A stretch of 64,000 nt of DNA from Macrostomum lignano (taxonomy: Eukaryota): NCBI GenBank assembly GCA_002269645.1, contig NIVC01002735.1, positions 62,001 through 126,000 of the forward strand. The letters run 5' to 3'. The notes beneath the pieces are model-generated. The model was not told the origin of the DNA. It was given only the letters and a program-made list of their open reading frames with translations, and searched no databases. The position numbers and the translations under genes were made by a program. Of the stretch, positions 35,458-48,269 are shown piece after piece (the stretch's first letter is position 1; every line of letters begins with the position of its first letter).

Positions 35458-35790
35458 CATGGCGGCATCAGAGGCCTCCCTGAGCCTGGCATAGTCTGAC
35501 GGCTTAAAGATTCGCTTCTTCTCCTTCTTCTTCTTGCCTGTGCGGATGTGCGACACCGCCCGGTACCAGCGGCCGCCCATGCGGCGCACGCGGTTCATGC
35601 ACAGCAGGATGACGATGTTCTCGCCGAACCTGCGCGACTGTCGGCTGCCGCGCTGCTGGGAAGCCAGGCTCTGCTGCTGCTGCTGGGAGCCGCCGGCCGA
35701 CCCCGAAGACGAGGCCGCAGCAGCCGCTTGATGATGCTGAGCGCCGCCGTAGGCCACGGAGTCCAGCGGTTGAGGAGACTGGGCTCCCAT
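35458..35790 (-). CDS. NFI: NFI/CTF-like transcription factor, first coding exon (single copy, in spacer)
   Basis: TTTCAG|ATG at 35790. The end of the exon (FGENIVILLCMNRVRRMGGRWY...KKKKEKKRIFKPSDYARLRE) resembles the NFI N-terminal pre-DBD helix and basic patch. Donor ATG|GTGAGG, phase 0, in frame with the exon at 33266. Confidence 0.65.
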
Positions 35791-36007
35791 CTGAAAAGTG
35801 AAAGGAACTGCTGTCACAATGTCAGAACAGGGCGGTTTTTTACCGCATCACCGCGTCCAATTCCGAATTCGATTGAAGATGAACAGAATTGAAAATTTAA
35901 CAATCAAATTTGATTTAATTCTGTAATTTTATCACATCTCCATCACTCATTCGTTATTTAAACCTGCGATCTCAAAGACTCTTTGATTTATCCTGTGATC
36001 TAACCGA

Positions 36008-36577
36008 CTCTGTGATCTGCCTGACTCTGTGATCTGCCTGACTCTGTGATCTGCCTGACTCTGTGATCTGCCTGACTCTGTGATCTGCCCGACTCTGTGA
36101 TCTGCCTGACTCTGTGATCTGCCTGACTCTGTGATCTGCCTGACTCTGTGATCTGCCGACTCTGTGATCTGCCTGACTCTGTGATCTGCCTGACTCTGTG
36201 ATCTGCCTGACTCTGTGATCTGCCTGACTTTGTGACCTACCCGACTCTGTGATCTACCCGACTCTGTGATCTGCCTGACTCTGTGATCTGCCTGAATCCT
36301 GTGATCTGCCTGACTCTGTGATCTACCTGACTCTGTGATCTGCCTGACTCTGTGATCTGCCTGACTCTGTGATCTGCCTGACTCTGTGATCTGCCTGACT
36401 TTGTGACCTACCCGACTCTGTGATCTACCCGACTCTGTGATCTGCCTGACTCTGTGATCTGCCCGACTCTGTGATCTACCTACTCTGTGATTTACCTACT
36501 CTGTGATCTGCCTGACTCTGTGATCTACCTGACTCTGTGATCTGCCTGACTCTGTGATCTGCCTGACTCTGTGATCT
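36008..36577. repeat. 17-bp minisatellite GACTCTGTGATCTGCCT running into the gap
   Basis: Tandem units up to the first N. Confidence 0.96.
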
Positions 36578-37372
36578 NNNNNNNNNNNNNNNNNNNNNNN
36601 NNNNNNNNNNNNNNNNNNNNNNNNNNNNNNNNNNNNNNNNNNNNNNNNNNNNNNNNNNNNNNNNNNNNNNNNNNNNNNNNNNNNNNNNNNNNNNNNNNNN
36701 NNNNNNNNNNNNNNNNNNNNNNNNNNNNNNNNNNNNNNNNNNNNNNNNNNNNNNNNNNNNNNNNNNNNNNNNNNNNNNNNNNNNNNNNNNNNNNNNNNNN
36801 NNNNNNNNNNNNNNNNNNNNNNNNNNNNNNNNNNNNNNNNNNNNNNNNNNNNNNNNNNNNNNNNNNNNNNNNNNNNNNNNNNNNNNNNNNNNNNNNNNNN
36901 NNNNNNNNNNNNNNNNNNNNNNNNNNNNNNNNNNNNNNNNNNNNNNNNNNNNNNNNNNNNNNNNNNNNNNNNNNNNNNNNNNNNNNNNNNNNNNNNNNNN
37001 NNNNNNNNNNNNNNNNNNNNNNNNNNNNNNNNNNNNNNNNNNNNNNNNNNNNNNNNNNNNNNNNNNNNNNNNNNNNNNNNNNNNNNNNNNNNNNNNNNNN
37101 NNNNNNNNNNNNNNNNNNNNNNNNNNNNNNNNNNNNNNNNNNNNNNNNNNNNNNNNNNNNNNNNNNNNNNNNNNNNNNNNNNNNNNNNNNNNNNNNNNNN
37201 NNNNNNNNNNNNNNNNNNNNNNNNNNNNNNNNNNNNNNNNNNNNNNNNNNNNNNNNNNNNNNNNNNNNNNNNNNNNNNNNNNNNNNNNNNNNNNNNNNNN
37301 NNNNNNNNNNNNNNNNNNNNNNNNNNNNNNNNNNNNNNNNNNNNNNNNNNNNNNNNNNNNNNNNNNNNNNNN
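36578..37372. other. Assembly gap (795 N) at the junction of spacer and right arm
   Basis: Run of N characters. Confidence 1.
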
Positions 37373-37484
37373 TCTCTGTGCCTGTGCCTGTGCTTGTGCA
37401 CTTCCAAGGCGACGGCGGAAGCGGCCGCATTATTGCGTGACGGTGTCGCAAACTCAGCCCCAAACCCGATTTTCTGCTTCCTAG

Positions 37485-37965
37485 GTGATGTCGGACACGG
37501 AGCTGGCGACATCGTGGCCAGCCTCTTGAAGAAGATATTCAAAGAGATCCAGGAGGAGCACCGCGAGGCCTTCGTCCGCGTCTGGCTGGACAGCGGCGAC
37601 GACTCCCGCTGCGTGCTGACGCTGCCGGACGGCAAAGGCAAGATGAAGCGAATTGACGGCCTGCGCGGCTCCGACAAGGTGTGGCGCCTGACACCCTGGT
37701 GGCGATCCTGTTCCACGGCGTGCCCATGGACAGCACGGACACCGGACTGCTGGTGCACCGCTGCGAGGACGAGCTGTGCATCAACCCGAGGCACTTCAAG
37801 TTCCAGTGCAGCCCGGCTATGATGGCCGTCACCATGGAGATGCTGCGGCTCAGCGGCTACCGGATCTCGCCGCCGGAGCCGGGTTCGGCACCGCGGAGGA
37901 GCAGCTGCGGTTCTTCCAGTTCACCTCGCCCTTCCCAGTGGAGTTCATTCGCAACGAGATGAACG
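37485..37965 (+). CDS. NFI: NFI/CTF-like DNA-binding domain exon, right copy (three apparent 1-bp deletions)
   Basis: Reverse complement of 32784-33266, with single-base losses near 37507, 37690 and 37881. Same splice sites. Confidence 0.8.
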
Positions 37966-37974
37966 GTGAGAGGC

Positions 37975-38050
37975 CGGTGGGTAGCGCGCGGTTAAACGGG
38001 TTCAGTTCGGTGCTAAACCGAAAGGTCAGAGGTTCGAATCTCGTTGCATT
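37975..38050 (+). pseudogene. tRNA-Asn-like relic just downstream of the NFI DBD exon donor
   Basis: TTCGG-TGCTAAA-CCGAA-AGGT...GGTTCGAATC resembles tRNA-Asn TTCGG-CTGTTAA-CCGAA-AGGT...GGTTCGA. Mirror near 32700-32775. Confidence 0.4.
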
Positions 38051-38544
38051 ACCCAGAAGTCTGTTGGCCTTCAAGAACAAGTTTAAAATCGAATCGAACC
38101 CAAACCTCTATCCCAGGATTCCCAGGAGCACCTTCTTTCTGTTCATACCTCTGTCTTATAAAATTACTTAAAGAAGCAAAATGCTCATGTTTGCCTGAAG
38201 TGTTCCTTGCCAGTGAATCGGCACTGGTATCAAGTTTTTGTGCAGCATTTTAACAATCTTACCTGACACGTTTGCGTTTTTTCACCTCTGGAATCCAGTC
38301 AAAGGCACGCGGCCGATTGCTGGGGTAAGTGCGCCGAAACCCAAACCCAGTGTTGAGTCAAGCTCAACCTACGAGTAATCCCATGCATTACGTACTCAAG
38401 CTTAATCCCCCACTGCTCAGTATAAGCTTCAGCTTGGGTTTATTGTTAGAAGCAGAAAAATTGTCTACATGATTTGGTGATAAACTAGCTAATGATCTTT
38501 TAGCTGCGATAAATTGTCAGGAAATTTTACATTATTTAGGGCAG

Positions 38545-39778
38545 CTCAGGTGAGGGGAAATGGGTGGAGAGGAGAGCTCAGGTGAGGGGAAATGAGTGGG
38601 GAGGAGAGCTCAAGTGAGGGGAAATGAGTGGGGAGGAGAGCTCAAGTGAGGGGAAATGAGTGGGGAGGAGAGCTCAAGTGAGGGGAAATGAGTGGGAGGA
38701 GAGCTCAGGTGAGGGGAAATGAGTGGGGAGGAGAGCTCAGGTGAGGGGAAATGAGTGGGGAGGAGAGCTCAGGTGAGGGGAAATGAGTGGGGAGGAGAGC
38801 TCAGGTGAGGGGAAATGAGTGGGGAGGAGAGCTCAGGTGAGGGGAAATGGGTGGGGAGGAGAGCTCAGGTGGGGGGAAATGGGTGGGGAGGAGAGCTCAG
38901 GTGAGGGGAAATGGTGGGGAGGAGAGCTCAGCTGAGGGAAATGAGTGGGGAGGAGAGCTCCGGTGAGCGGAGTGGGGAGGAGAGCTCAGGTGAGGGGAAA
39001 TGAGTGGGGAGGAGAGCTCAGCTGAGGGGAAATGAGTGGGGAGGAGAGCTCAGGTGAGGGGAGTGGGGAGGAGAGCTCAGGTGAGAGGAGTGGGGAGGAG
39101 AGCTCAGGTGAGGGAGTGGGGAGGAGAGCTCAGGTGAGGGGAGTGGGGAGGAGAGCTCAGGTGAGGGGAGTGGGGAGGAGAGCTCAGGTGAGGGGAGTGG
39201 GGAGGAGAGCTCAGGTGAGAGGAGTGGGGAGGAGAGCTCAGGTGAGGGAGTGGGGAGGAGAGCTCAGGTGAGGGGAGTGGGGAGGAGAGCTCAGGTGAGG
39301 GGAGTGGGGAGGAGAGCTCAGGTGAGGGGAGTGGGGAGGAGAGCTCAGGTGAGGGGAGTGGGGAGGAGAGCTCAGGTGAGGGGAGTGGGGAGGAGAGCTC
39401 AGGTGAGAGGAGTGGGGAGGAGAGCTCAGGTGAGGGGAGTGGGAGGAGAGCTCAGGTGAGGGGAAATGGGTGGGGAGGAGAGCTCAGGTGAGAGGAGTGG
39501 GGAGGAGAGCTCAGGTGAGGGAGTGGGGAGGAGAGCTCAGGTGAGGGGAGTGGGAGGAGAGCTCAGGTGAGGGGAGTGGGGAGGAGAGCTCAGGTGAGGG
39601 GAGTGGGGAGGAGAGCTCAGGTGAGGGGAGTGGGGAGGAGAGCTCAGGTGAGGGGAGTGGGGAGGAGAGCTCAGGTGAGGGGAGTGGGGAGGAGAGCTCA
39701 GGTGAGGGGAGTGGGAGGAGAGCTCAGGTGAGGGGAGTGGGGAGGAGAGCTCAGGTGAGAGGAGTGGGGAGGAGAGCT
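38545..39778. repeat. Mirror 27-bp minisatellite (GAGCTCAGGTGAGGGGAGTGGGGAGGA)
   Basis: Almost the same length as the left array. Confidence 0.97.
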
Positions 39779-41344
39779 TAGATGTGTAAACTTGGAAGCT
39801 CAGGAGCAAAGCGAATGGGATTTATATACAAGGGTAACGAGAGAGTGGACAAGTATCAAGCATGAATCAGCTGACAGTCGAGCTGTTAAAAGATCAACAA
39901 ACAAAACGCGTTTACAGGCTTTCAATTAGTCTTTGTTGCTCTGCATGCGATCCCCGCCACTCCGAGACCGCAGCAATCTATTTAAATACTCGCAGTTGGG
40001 GCGCAATAAATCTTGGTCTCAGAGCCCCCCTGCTACAAAGACTGCAACGCTTAATAGGCAGGAGAGAATTACCCAACTACCTGGTGACGCTGCCCCCGCC
40101 CCCATACCGGGTTGCCGCCGCCTAATCTGTGAGGATTGTAAATTAGTGGGATTTGAAGGGGAAGCAAAGGAGGGGAAAAATTGACACCGAGGAATTTTGA
40201 CAATCGACAATTCGGAATGCCGTCTGCGGTCACCGCAGTGTCTGAGTCTTTGTCTTGTTACGGAATTCTATTAACGATGCTTCCGTGACAGCAATAGTTT
40301 TGACTGCATTTTGAAGAAACACTTCAGCATCTTGGTGTGGCGATCTGTGAGGCAGGAGTTATGGCCCCGCTCGGGACCAGCTGCTATGGGAACCCGACCT
40401 TACCTGGGGCTGGCGAAATCCTTAACTTGACGGATGACCCGAGACTGGACAGCAGTCTGAATTCCCAGCTGCTTTGTGGGTTCTCTTCCCAACTGGTTTT
40501 CAGGAATAATTAACAGGACTTTCCAGTCTGCTCTTCTATGCGGTCCTTTGTCATTCATTTTGAAGTTGCATCAGCGGTGGTTGCGTTGATGTCACCGAGG
40601 GGTTGCCCATAACTCTCTGGCGAATATTTATATGAGGCTCAACTTTGCTGATTTCACCCGTGAAGTTTGGCAGCACCAAACTCAAACGAGGAACTCAGCG
40701 CGTGTGAGAAAAACACTCGTTCACTCCGAAGCTATAGGCCTCGATAATTTCATAACCCAAGAGGCGCACCCAAAGTGCATGAAGGACCAATTACTTTTCT
40801 TAGAAAGCGACCACCATTTACGACTTGAGTATTTACGACAAGCTCTTTTTCTCGATATCCATAGCTTGTCCCAAACGTACTTTTAAGAAAACCCAGACCT
40901 TTCACATACGTCTTCAAAAGTGAGATTCGAACTCACGCCAGTCCAAGACCAGTTTCTGAGTTTTCAGTCAGCGGATATTAAACCGCAGCCTTTTAGCAGC
41001 CATTTTGTATTTACACTAATAAAGTTGCATCACATGCTTGTCTTGCTACTTTGAATAGTAGGCAAAAATCTCTGATACAATCTACGAGTAGCTATTATCC
41101 TGAGCTTTTGAAAAAGAGTTATGAAATTATTTTGTTCTAAGCGTCCTGTACTTAAGAAAAAGCGTTAACTTTTAACTCATTAAAACAGTTTGTTTTTCCT
41201 ACCTGCCATCCCGCACAACTGTAGAAGCTTGTGGGCAGTACCTGAAGAGTCATATTTTAAAAAAATCTCACTGAACATGTCGGGCTTCTGAAAAAATCCA
41301 CATTTTCCACGACGCCGTCACAACCTTCAATGCGAAACCCGCAG

Positions 41345-41725
41345 CCTCGATGTCCGTGCCACCGCCGCTGCTCGACCGCTACCAGCTGTCGCCGGAGGAC
41401 GCCGCCTTCGTGCGCGACAGCTACCCAGCCGTGTGGGCCGCCTACCAGGACTCCCTGGCTACCGGCCGGCGCCAGCTCGACCATCGGCGCGGCGGAGGTG
41501 GACCGGCGGCCAAGCGCCGTTGTGTCCGCGGCGCCGGCGGCGGCAGACGGCGCGCCCACAAGAGGACACGCATTGACGACAATGAGGAGGAGGCAGACGA
41601 TGGGCCGGAGGACAGCGATGATAGCGATGATGGCGGCGAACCTGCCGGCGATGAGGCGGACAACGAGGAGGCTGATCGACCGCCAGCCAGGAAGCGGCGA
41701 GGCGCTGAAGCTGCTGCCGTGTTCA
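41345..41725 (+). CDS. Probable NFI-like exon 3 (right copy)
   Basis: Mirror of 29028-29408; AG|CC acceptor and A|GTGAGT donor. Confidence 0.6.
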
Positions 41726-41912
41726 GTGAGTGCGATTAGAGACGATTGCTGAAACAAAAGATCAATTATTAGTTTGCTTCAGTGATCATTCACTCCGTCG
41801 AGTGATGGGAACTTTTCTGGATCAACTTTTTATTTAGAAAGTCATCAAATCACCAACCAGCCAGTCAGCAAGCAAATACATTTGCCTGTTAATCGATCAA
41901 ATTCCGTTGCAG

Positions 41913-42193
41913 AGCACGCCAAAAGCGGCCATTCAATTGCCGACACCAGCGGGTCGACGTCTGCCGCTGCCGACGATGTTGACGTTGACGTCGACGAAGA
42001 AGACGCTGGCGCAGACGCCGCCGCTCAGCAGCAGCAGCGCCGCCGGCTGCGCCTGCTGCGCCAGCAGAACAGCCAGACGGAGGCGGAGGTGGCGGAGATC
42101 ACCGGCCTGCCAGCCGGCGACGCCGCCAAGGAGCCGCTATCGGCCGCGGCGGCTTCGCTGCACTCGCTGCGTGGCTCGCCCTACTGCAGAAGC
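41913..42193 (+). CDS. Probable NFI-like exon 4 (right copy)
   Basis: Mirror of 28560-28840; splice phases consistent. Confidence 0.6.
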
Positions 42194-42534
42194 GTGAGTG
42201 CTCGCCAAATCGCAAATAGAATTCACAGCGTGTATGCATTGCATCATCTTAAACAGGCATTTGCACTCTTTTTTTCTATAGCTTTTTCAAGAAAATAAGC
42301 ATAAAATTCGTTTTAAACAAAAAAACTGTTCGTTTCTGTAACGTGAAATTTCAATCGATTTTCGATTAAACGCCCTGCTCGAGGATCATTGGCGGACAAA
42401 ACGTTAGGCGTTAGCAAAAATCAGTTTTTTTTCAAATCCATGGAAGCCACTCATTGAAATTAGACAAATCAGTTACTACTCTAAGTAGAGTTACCGGCTC
42501 ATTAACTTGTTCTTTTATTCCATCCTTTTCTCAG

Positions 42535-43458
42535 CCGATGACCTCGGAGTTGAACTTCACGGCCTTTCCGTTCGCCGGAGCCTCTTCAGTAGTTTCCGCT
42601 TCCGCATCGGCTTCCGCCGCTGCTGTCTCGTCCGTGTCCTCCATTCACGGCGGCGGGAACAGCGGAGGCGGCGAAGGCGGCGGCAGCCGACGATCCAGCG
42701 ATTCGCCGGTCTGCGGCGGCGCCTCGACCTCCTCGGGCGGGGCCTCCTCGACCACAGCGAATGTCGATGCGCTCCCAGCGCCGCCCCCGAGCTCCGCCGT
42801 TGTGATCGTCACCCCTACCGCCGAGCTGGAAGTCGCAGCTGGCAGCCAAACTGCGGGAACTACAGCAGCCAAAGCCAGCGCCGCCACCGCCGCCGCCGCA
42901 GCCGCCGCCGCAGCTGCAGCCGCGATGCCCGCTCCGCAGCTGCGTCATCTGCCTCGGCCTCGGCCGCTTGTGCCCGGCCGGGACGGCACACTGAAGGAGC
43001 GGGACGAGGGGCAGCAGCTTCATCACCAGCATCACCAGCAGCAGCAGCAACAGCTCCAGCAGCAGAGTCAGCGCCAGCATCAGCACCAAATGCACCACAG
43101 CCGATCCTCAGCCGCCGACCTGTTCCGCCCAATCCTGTCCTCGCCAATAGACTTTTGCCGCAACGACACGCCGAACGCGATCAAGATGATTCTGGAGCTG
43201 CAGCGGGACTCCAGCCCGGCAGGCGCCAAGCTGTCCCGCGCGGCCGGCATCGACCACTTTGAGCACATCTTTCGCGCTACTCCGGGCGCCACGCCGACCT
43301 GGCCAGGCGCCAGTCCGGTTGGCGCCAGTCCGGTGCGCTTTCTTGCTGCTGCGGCTGCTGCGGCTGCTGCTGCCGCCGCCGCCGCTGCTGCCACAAGCAA
43401 GGCTCCGCCTGCGGCTGCCACCGCTGCCGTAGCCGGAAGTCCTGGAGCTGGTCACTAA
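42535..43458 (+). CDS. Probable NFI-like terminal exon (right copy)
   Basis: Mirror of 27295-28218; in frame with ORF 42454..43458. Confidence 0.6.
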   Translation, partial: PMTSELNFTAFPFAGASSVVSASASASAAAVSSVSSIHGGGNSGGGEGGGSRRSSDSPVCGGASTSSGGASSTTANVDALPAPPPSSAVVIVTPTAELEVAAGSQTAGTTAAKASAATAAAAAAAAAAAAMPAPQLRHLPRPRPLVPGRDGTLKERDEGQQLHHQHHQQQQQQLQQQSQRQHQHQMHHSRSSAADLFRPILSSPIDFCRNDTPNAIKMILELQRDSSPAGAKLSRAAGIDHFEHIFRATPGATPTWPGASPVGASPVRFLAAAAAAAAAAAAAAAATSKAPPAAATAAVAGSPGAGH

Positions 43459-46400
43459 TCTGCTGCTTAGAGCTTTGATTTATAATACCTAACCCGAAAT
43501 ACCTGAAGTAAAGGCGAACCCAAATTATACGATCCGAAATTCGTTGGCTAAGTTTTGTTTTTTGCTGCTCAGGATACACAGCCTGTCACAATGTATTCTA
43601 GCTATTAGATTATTATCCGTCTTCGTGGCTTTAATAAGATAAATATTACGACTATTTTGACAAATTTAGTTTTAATTAGAGCTAGTTTATAATTAACCCT
43701 TTTACTGCGCCATGGCATCTTTTCAAAATATGTACACAGAATTATTTGGTACCTTTTTAATGAGTGTGTGCTTCGACAGCTTTGTTAATTTGTTAATGTG
43801 TAAGATGTGTATATAGTGCTAATTCAAATTATTTAATTGGAGCTCTTAATGGCCAATAGCCGCTTTACAACTTAATAAGCGTTTTACTCTGCCACTTCTC
43901 AATTTACTTAGCTCGCACCATTCACCCCGAGTCCCCAAACTGTTTGCAGACTAAACAACTTCAACTTGTAGGCCATAAAACTTGAGAGAGTCGGGAGCTG
44001 GCGTAGCGGGTTGGAGTGGGTGTGAAAAAACCAGCCCTTTACAGCTTAGCCAATGAGCGCTCAGCGGAGTGAGGTGGGCGCGTTGGGTGAGGAATAAAAA
44101 AAACAAATAGCACAATCTGGTGTTAAATCTTGTGGTTAATTTATTCTAGCATACGATTTTCGTATAATAATAATGTAAAATATTCTGTCCCTAATTTTTA
44201 AGCCCTTTGCTAATTCGTAATTCTTCTGTTAAGTCCCTTCTGACATCAAATGTTATTTACGTTATTTTACTACTTATAGTAGCGTTGCAGCTATTTAAGA
44301 AGTAAGTAGTACGAGCTCTGTTTGAAATACGATTAATCTTGTTTTTGCTAGGTTTTAATACTTTATTGCTGTAATATTTCTAATGACTTATCAGTAAGTT
44401 TCCGAAACGTTTATTAGATTGTTTTTTGTAGGCTGTCGCAATGCTTAAATGGCATTATCATGTTTCGCAGTACATTACACAGCGTAATTAGAATGCTATC
44501 TCTAAATGCATCGTTGTCCCGTATTTAAATAGGTAATGCTTTTGATAAAGTTTGTCTATTGTTTGACATTTTATACTGATCGTTTGAGCGACTTTATTCA
44601 CAACTTTAATCCGATGATGCGAGACTATCGGTGGATAAGTAGTATATTAATGAAAAGTAGTATCAATGAGTATTTGTGTTCCGACAATCTGCTCAGATTT
44701 TTTGAGTTCATTTTTAGGAGTTATTAAATCACAGAGAAAAGGTGTTTTACTTCCCGACCGCTTTCCCCTTTGCTGGCAGCGCATGCGACACCTGCTACAG
44801 TGAGATGCTGTTTTTACATGCCTATAGTTTTTGCTCTTCTTTTTAATTATTGCTTTGCCAATGCGACATGCGCTTTGAGGGCGAGTGTACACCGACTGGA
44901 GGCTGCAAGGCTTGCAGAAATCCCTCCGCCCTGCATCGCCTGTCCCAGCGGCCGCTTCCCCGCGTGCAGCTGGCCGCGGGCAACTCATGGCATCCCGATG
45001 TGGCGTCCGGATCATTCGATGGCATTTTTGCGAGAATTTTCCGCCTCCCCTGATTCCCCTAAGCTGCTTTCTGCGCTGCTTCTCTCGGCACAAGCGTTGT
45101 TGACCCTGTCTTCATGATTTACTCTTCAGAACCTTGTGCTGTACGAACATCATTCGATGTGACTTTTCAGTTTGATAAAGACTGGATTAAGTGAAATATG
45201 GCTAAAGTCAAGAAGCCATGTACTTCAGTGAGCCTGAGCCCAGAATATCCCGCAAACGATTCTCGTCTAAATTAATTTTTTAACCTGTGTTTTCCCCTAT
45301 CTTCCCAATTGCAAGCAGGTCATGATGATCATGTAAAGTAAGTTTTCTGTTGTAAAAAATGGCCATTTTAGTTCGGTAGTATTTCATTCAAACAAAAACA
45401 GAAAAAGCTGCGTCAATTCATTGAGTTATTTAATACGATCGAAGAATGAGCTGTTCGACTCATTTTTTTGTTCCATGCAAGCTTGATGGGCTCTTTGAAA
45501 CCACGGCCGGATGCTGTCTGTGTATAACAGTAGCAATTCGAATTTGAATGCTCAGAGCCCACCCCATCAACCCACCATCTGACCCCACACCCCAGCACTC
45601 AGCCCTCCCCACCAACCCCACCATCTGACCCCACACCCCAGCACTCAGCCCTCCCCATCAACCCACCATCTGACCCCACACCCCAGCACTCAGCCCTCCC
45701 CATCAACCCACCATCTGACCCCACACCCCAGCATTCAGCCCTCCCCATCAACCCACCATCTGACCCCACACCCCAGCACTCAGCCCTCCCACCAACCCAC
45801 CATCTGACCCCACACCCCAGCATTCAGCCCTCCCCATCAACCCACCATCTGACCCCACACCCCAGCACTCAGCCCTCCCCATCAACCCACCATCTGACCC
45901 CACACCCCAGCATTCAGCCCTCCCCATCAACCCACCATCTGACCCCACACCCAGCACTCAGCCCTCCCCATCAACCCACCATCTGACCCCACACCCCAGC
46001 ACTCAGCCCTCCCCACCAACCCACCATCTGACCCCACACCCCAGCATTCAGCCCTCCCCATCAACCCACCATCTGACCCCACACCCCAGCATTCAGCCCT
46101 CCCCACCAACCCACCATCTGACCCACACCCCAGCATTCAGCCCTCCCCATCAACCCACCATCTGACCCCACACCCCAGCACTCAGCCCTCCCCACCAACC
46201 CACCATCTGACCCCACACCCCAGCACTCAGCCCTCCCCCACCATCTGACCCCACACCCAGCACTCAGCCCTCCCCATCAACCCACCATCTGACCCCACAC
46301 CCCAGCACTCAGCCCTCCCCACCAACCCACCATCTGACCCCACACCCAGCACTCAGCCCTCCCCATCAACCCACCATCTGACCCCACACCCCAGCATTCA

Positions 46401-48269
46401 GCCCTCCCCACCAACCCACCATCTGACCCCACACCCCAGCATTCAGCCCTCCCCATCAACCCACCATCTGACCCCACACCCCAGCACTCAGCCCTCCCCA
46501 CCAACCCCACCATCTGACCCCACACTCCAGCATCCAGCCCTCCCCACCAACCCCACCACCATCTGACCGCACACACCCAGCATTCAGCCCTCCCCACCAA
46601 CCCCACCACCATCTGACCCCACACCCAGCACTCAGCCCTCCCCACCAACCCCACCACCATCTGACCCCACACCCAGCATTCAGCCCTCCCACCAACCCCA
46701 CCACCATCTGACCCCACACCCAGCACTCAGCCCTCCCACCAACCCCACCACCATCTGACCCCACACACTCCAGCATCCAGCCCTCCCCACCAACCCCACC
46801 ACCATCTGATCGCACACACCCAGCATTCAGCCCTCCCCACCAACCCCACCACCATCTGACCCCACACCCAGCACTCAGCCCTCCCCACCAACCCCACCAC
46901 CATCTGACCCCACACCCCAGCATTCAGCCCTCCCCACCAACCCCACCACCATCTGACCCCACACCCAGCACTCAGCCCTCCCCACCAACCTCACCATCTG
47001 ACCCCACACCCAGCACTCAGCCCTCCCCACCAACCCCACCATCTGACCCCACACCCAGCACTCAGCCCTCCCCACCAACCCCACCATCTGACCCCACACC
47101 CCAGCACACAGTCCTAGCTGTGCCGATTACAAAACCGATTTACAGCACTCTGAAATATATTTTCACCTTATTCATATATATTGAAGCACTGAGCTTAAAC
47201 TGTTCAGATAAGTGCAGTAGAATGAGTCTTGAACTTTAAGGTACACCGGAAATCCCTTTTTCCTCCACTATTTTGTTCGACTTTACTGCTCAGGCTGAAG
47301 TCTGGAGTCACTTTTTGAAGCTTTGTTTGCAAAAATATGCTTATATTTTGTCAATGAGCTTGTCATGTGATATAAATATTTCAAATACGTTTTAGATCGA
47401 TTGATTATTATTTTTATCTCTATTTTTGTCGACTTTTTTTCCAGACGAATATTGCAAAGCTTTTATTCTTGGCAATTTTTAAACATTGCATCAATACACG
47501 ATTGACAATTCCGGGCAATATTTGTCTGGTAATCAAAACTTGTACTTTTGTGTGTTGCAATAAAACCCACTGGCTGTCAAGTATCTTGAATCATTTCAAT
47601 CAAATTTGCTACATTTTGACGTGTGGGAAATTAACCTTTGAGCAGTGAATTGAGCAGGTTTGCTGTACTTTCTTGCTCCTCTCCCAGTAAAGCTGTGCAA
47701 TTTGATGCATTCAATTGAGCATAGCTTTGTCGCAAGGGGCTCAGAATCTTAAATTGTTGGTACAATTTCCCCCAAAGTTTGATAGCTACTCAAGTAGGGA
47801 AACTATATACGTCTCTTGGAACATTTTAGGAGGCAGCTTTTACAGAAAAAAATACTTAAGGGAGATGGGGGTTTTCATTATTTTAGCACAAAAATTGTTA
47901 CTGCCTTTGATAGGAGGCTGACCCAATGTTCATCTTTTGATGACTTGCTTTTCTTATATCTCATTTTTTGTAGACTCTTTGGAATCACATTCTGTGTGAA
48001 TCATATCCGATGATTGGACTAAAAAACAAAAGATTAGGATAAACGAGCGTAAAACAAAAAACACAGTACTACTAACTAATAGTAGTAAATGAGTATCTAC
48101 TTCTAAAAAACTAAGTTAGTAAAACAAAATTAAGAAAAAATTTCAACTCTTTCTATAATGCCAATGAGACTTACATCAGGCTTTGGATATATGCAAATTT
48201 GCTCAACTTTTAGACTGCGGCAAACTTCTGGCTTCATATTCTTTTTTTCAAGCTTGGTATTGGGGTTCC

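Noticed and set aside
27295-35790. Autoregulatory NFI sites TTGGC(N5)GCCAA near the gene
   Set aside because: No convincing full site found by eye; only half-sites expected by chance.
36496-37794. Long ORFs spanning the N run
   Set aside because: Artefacts of translating through the gap.
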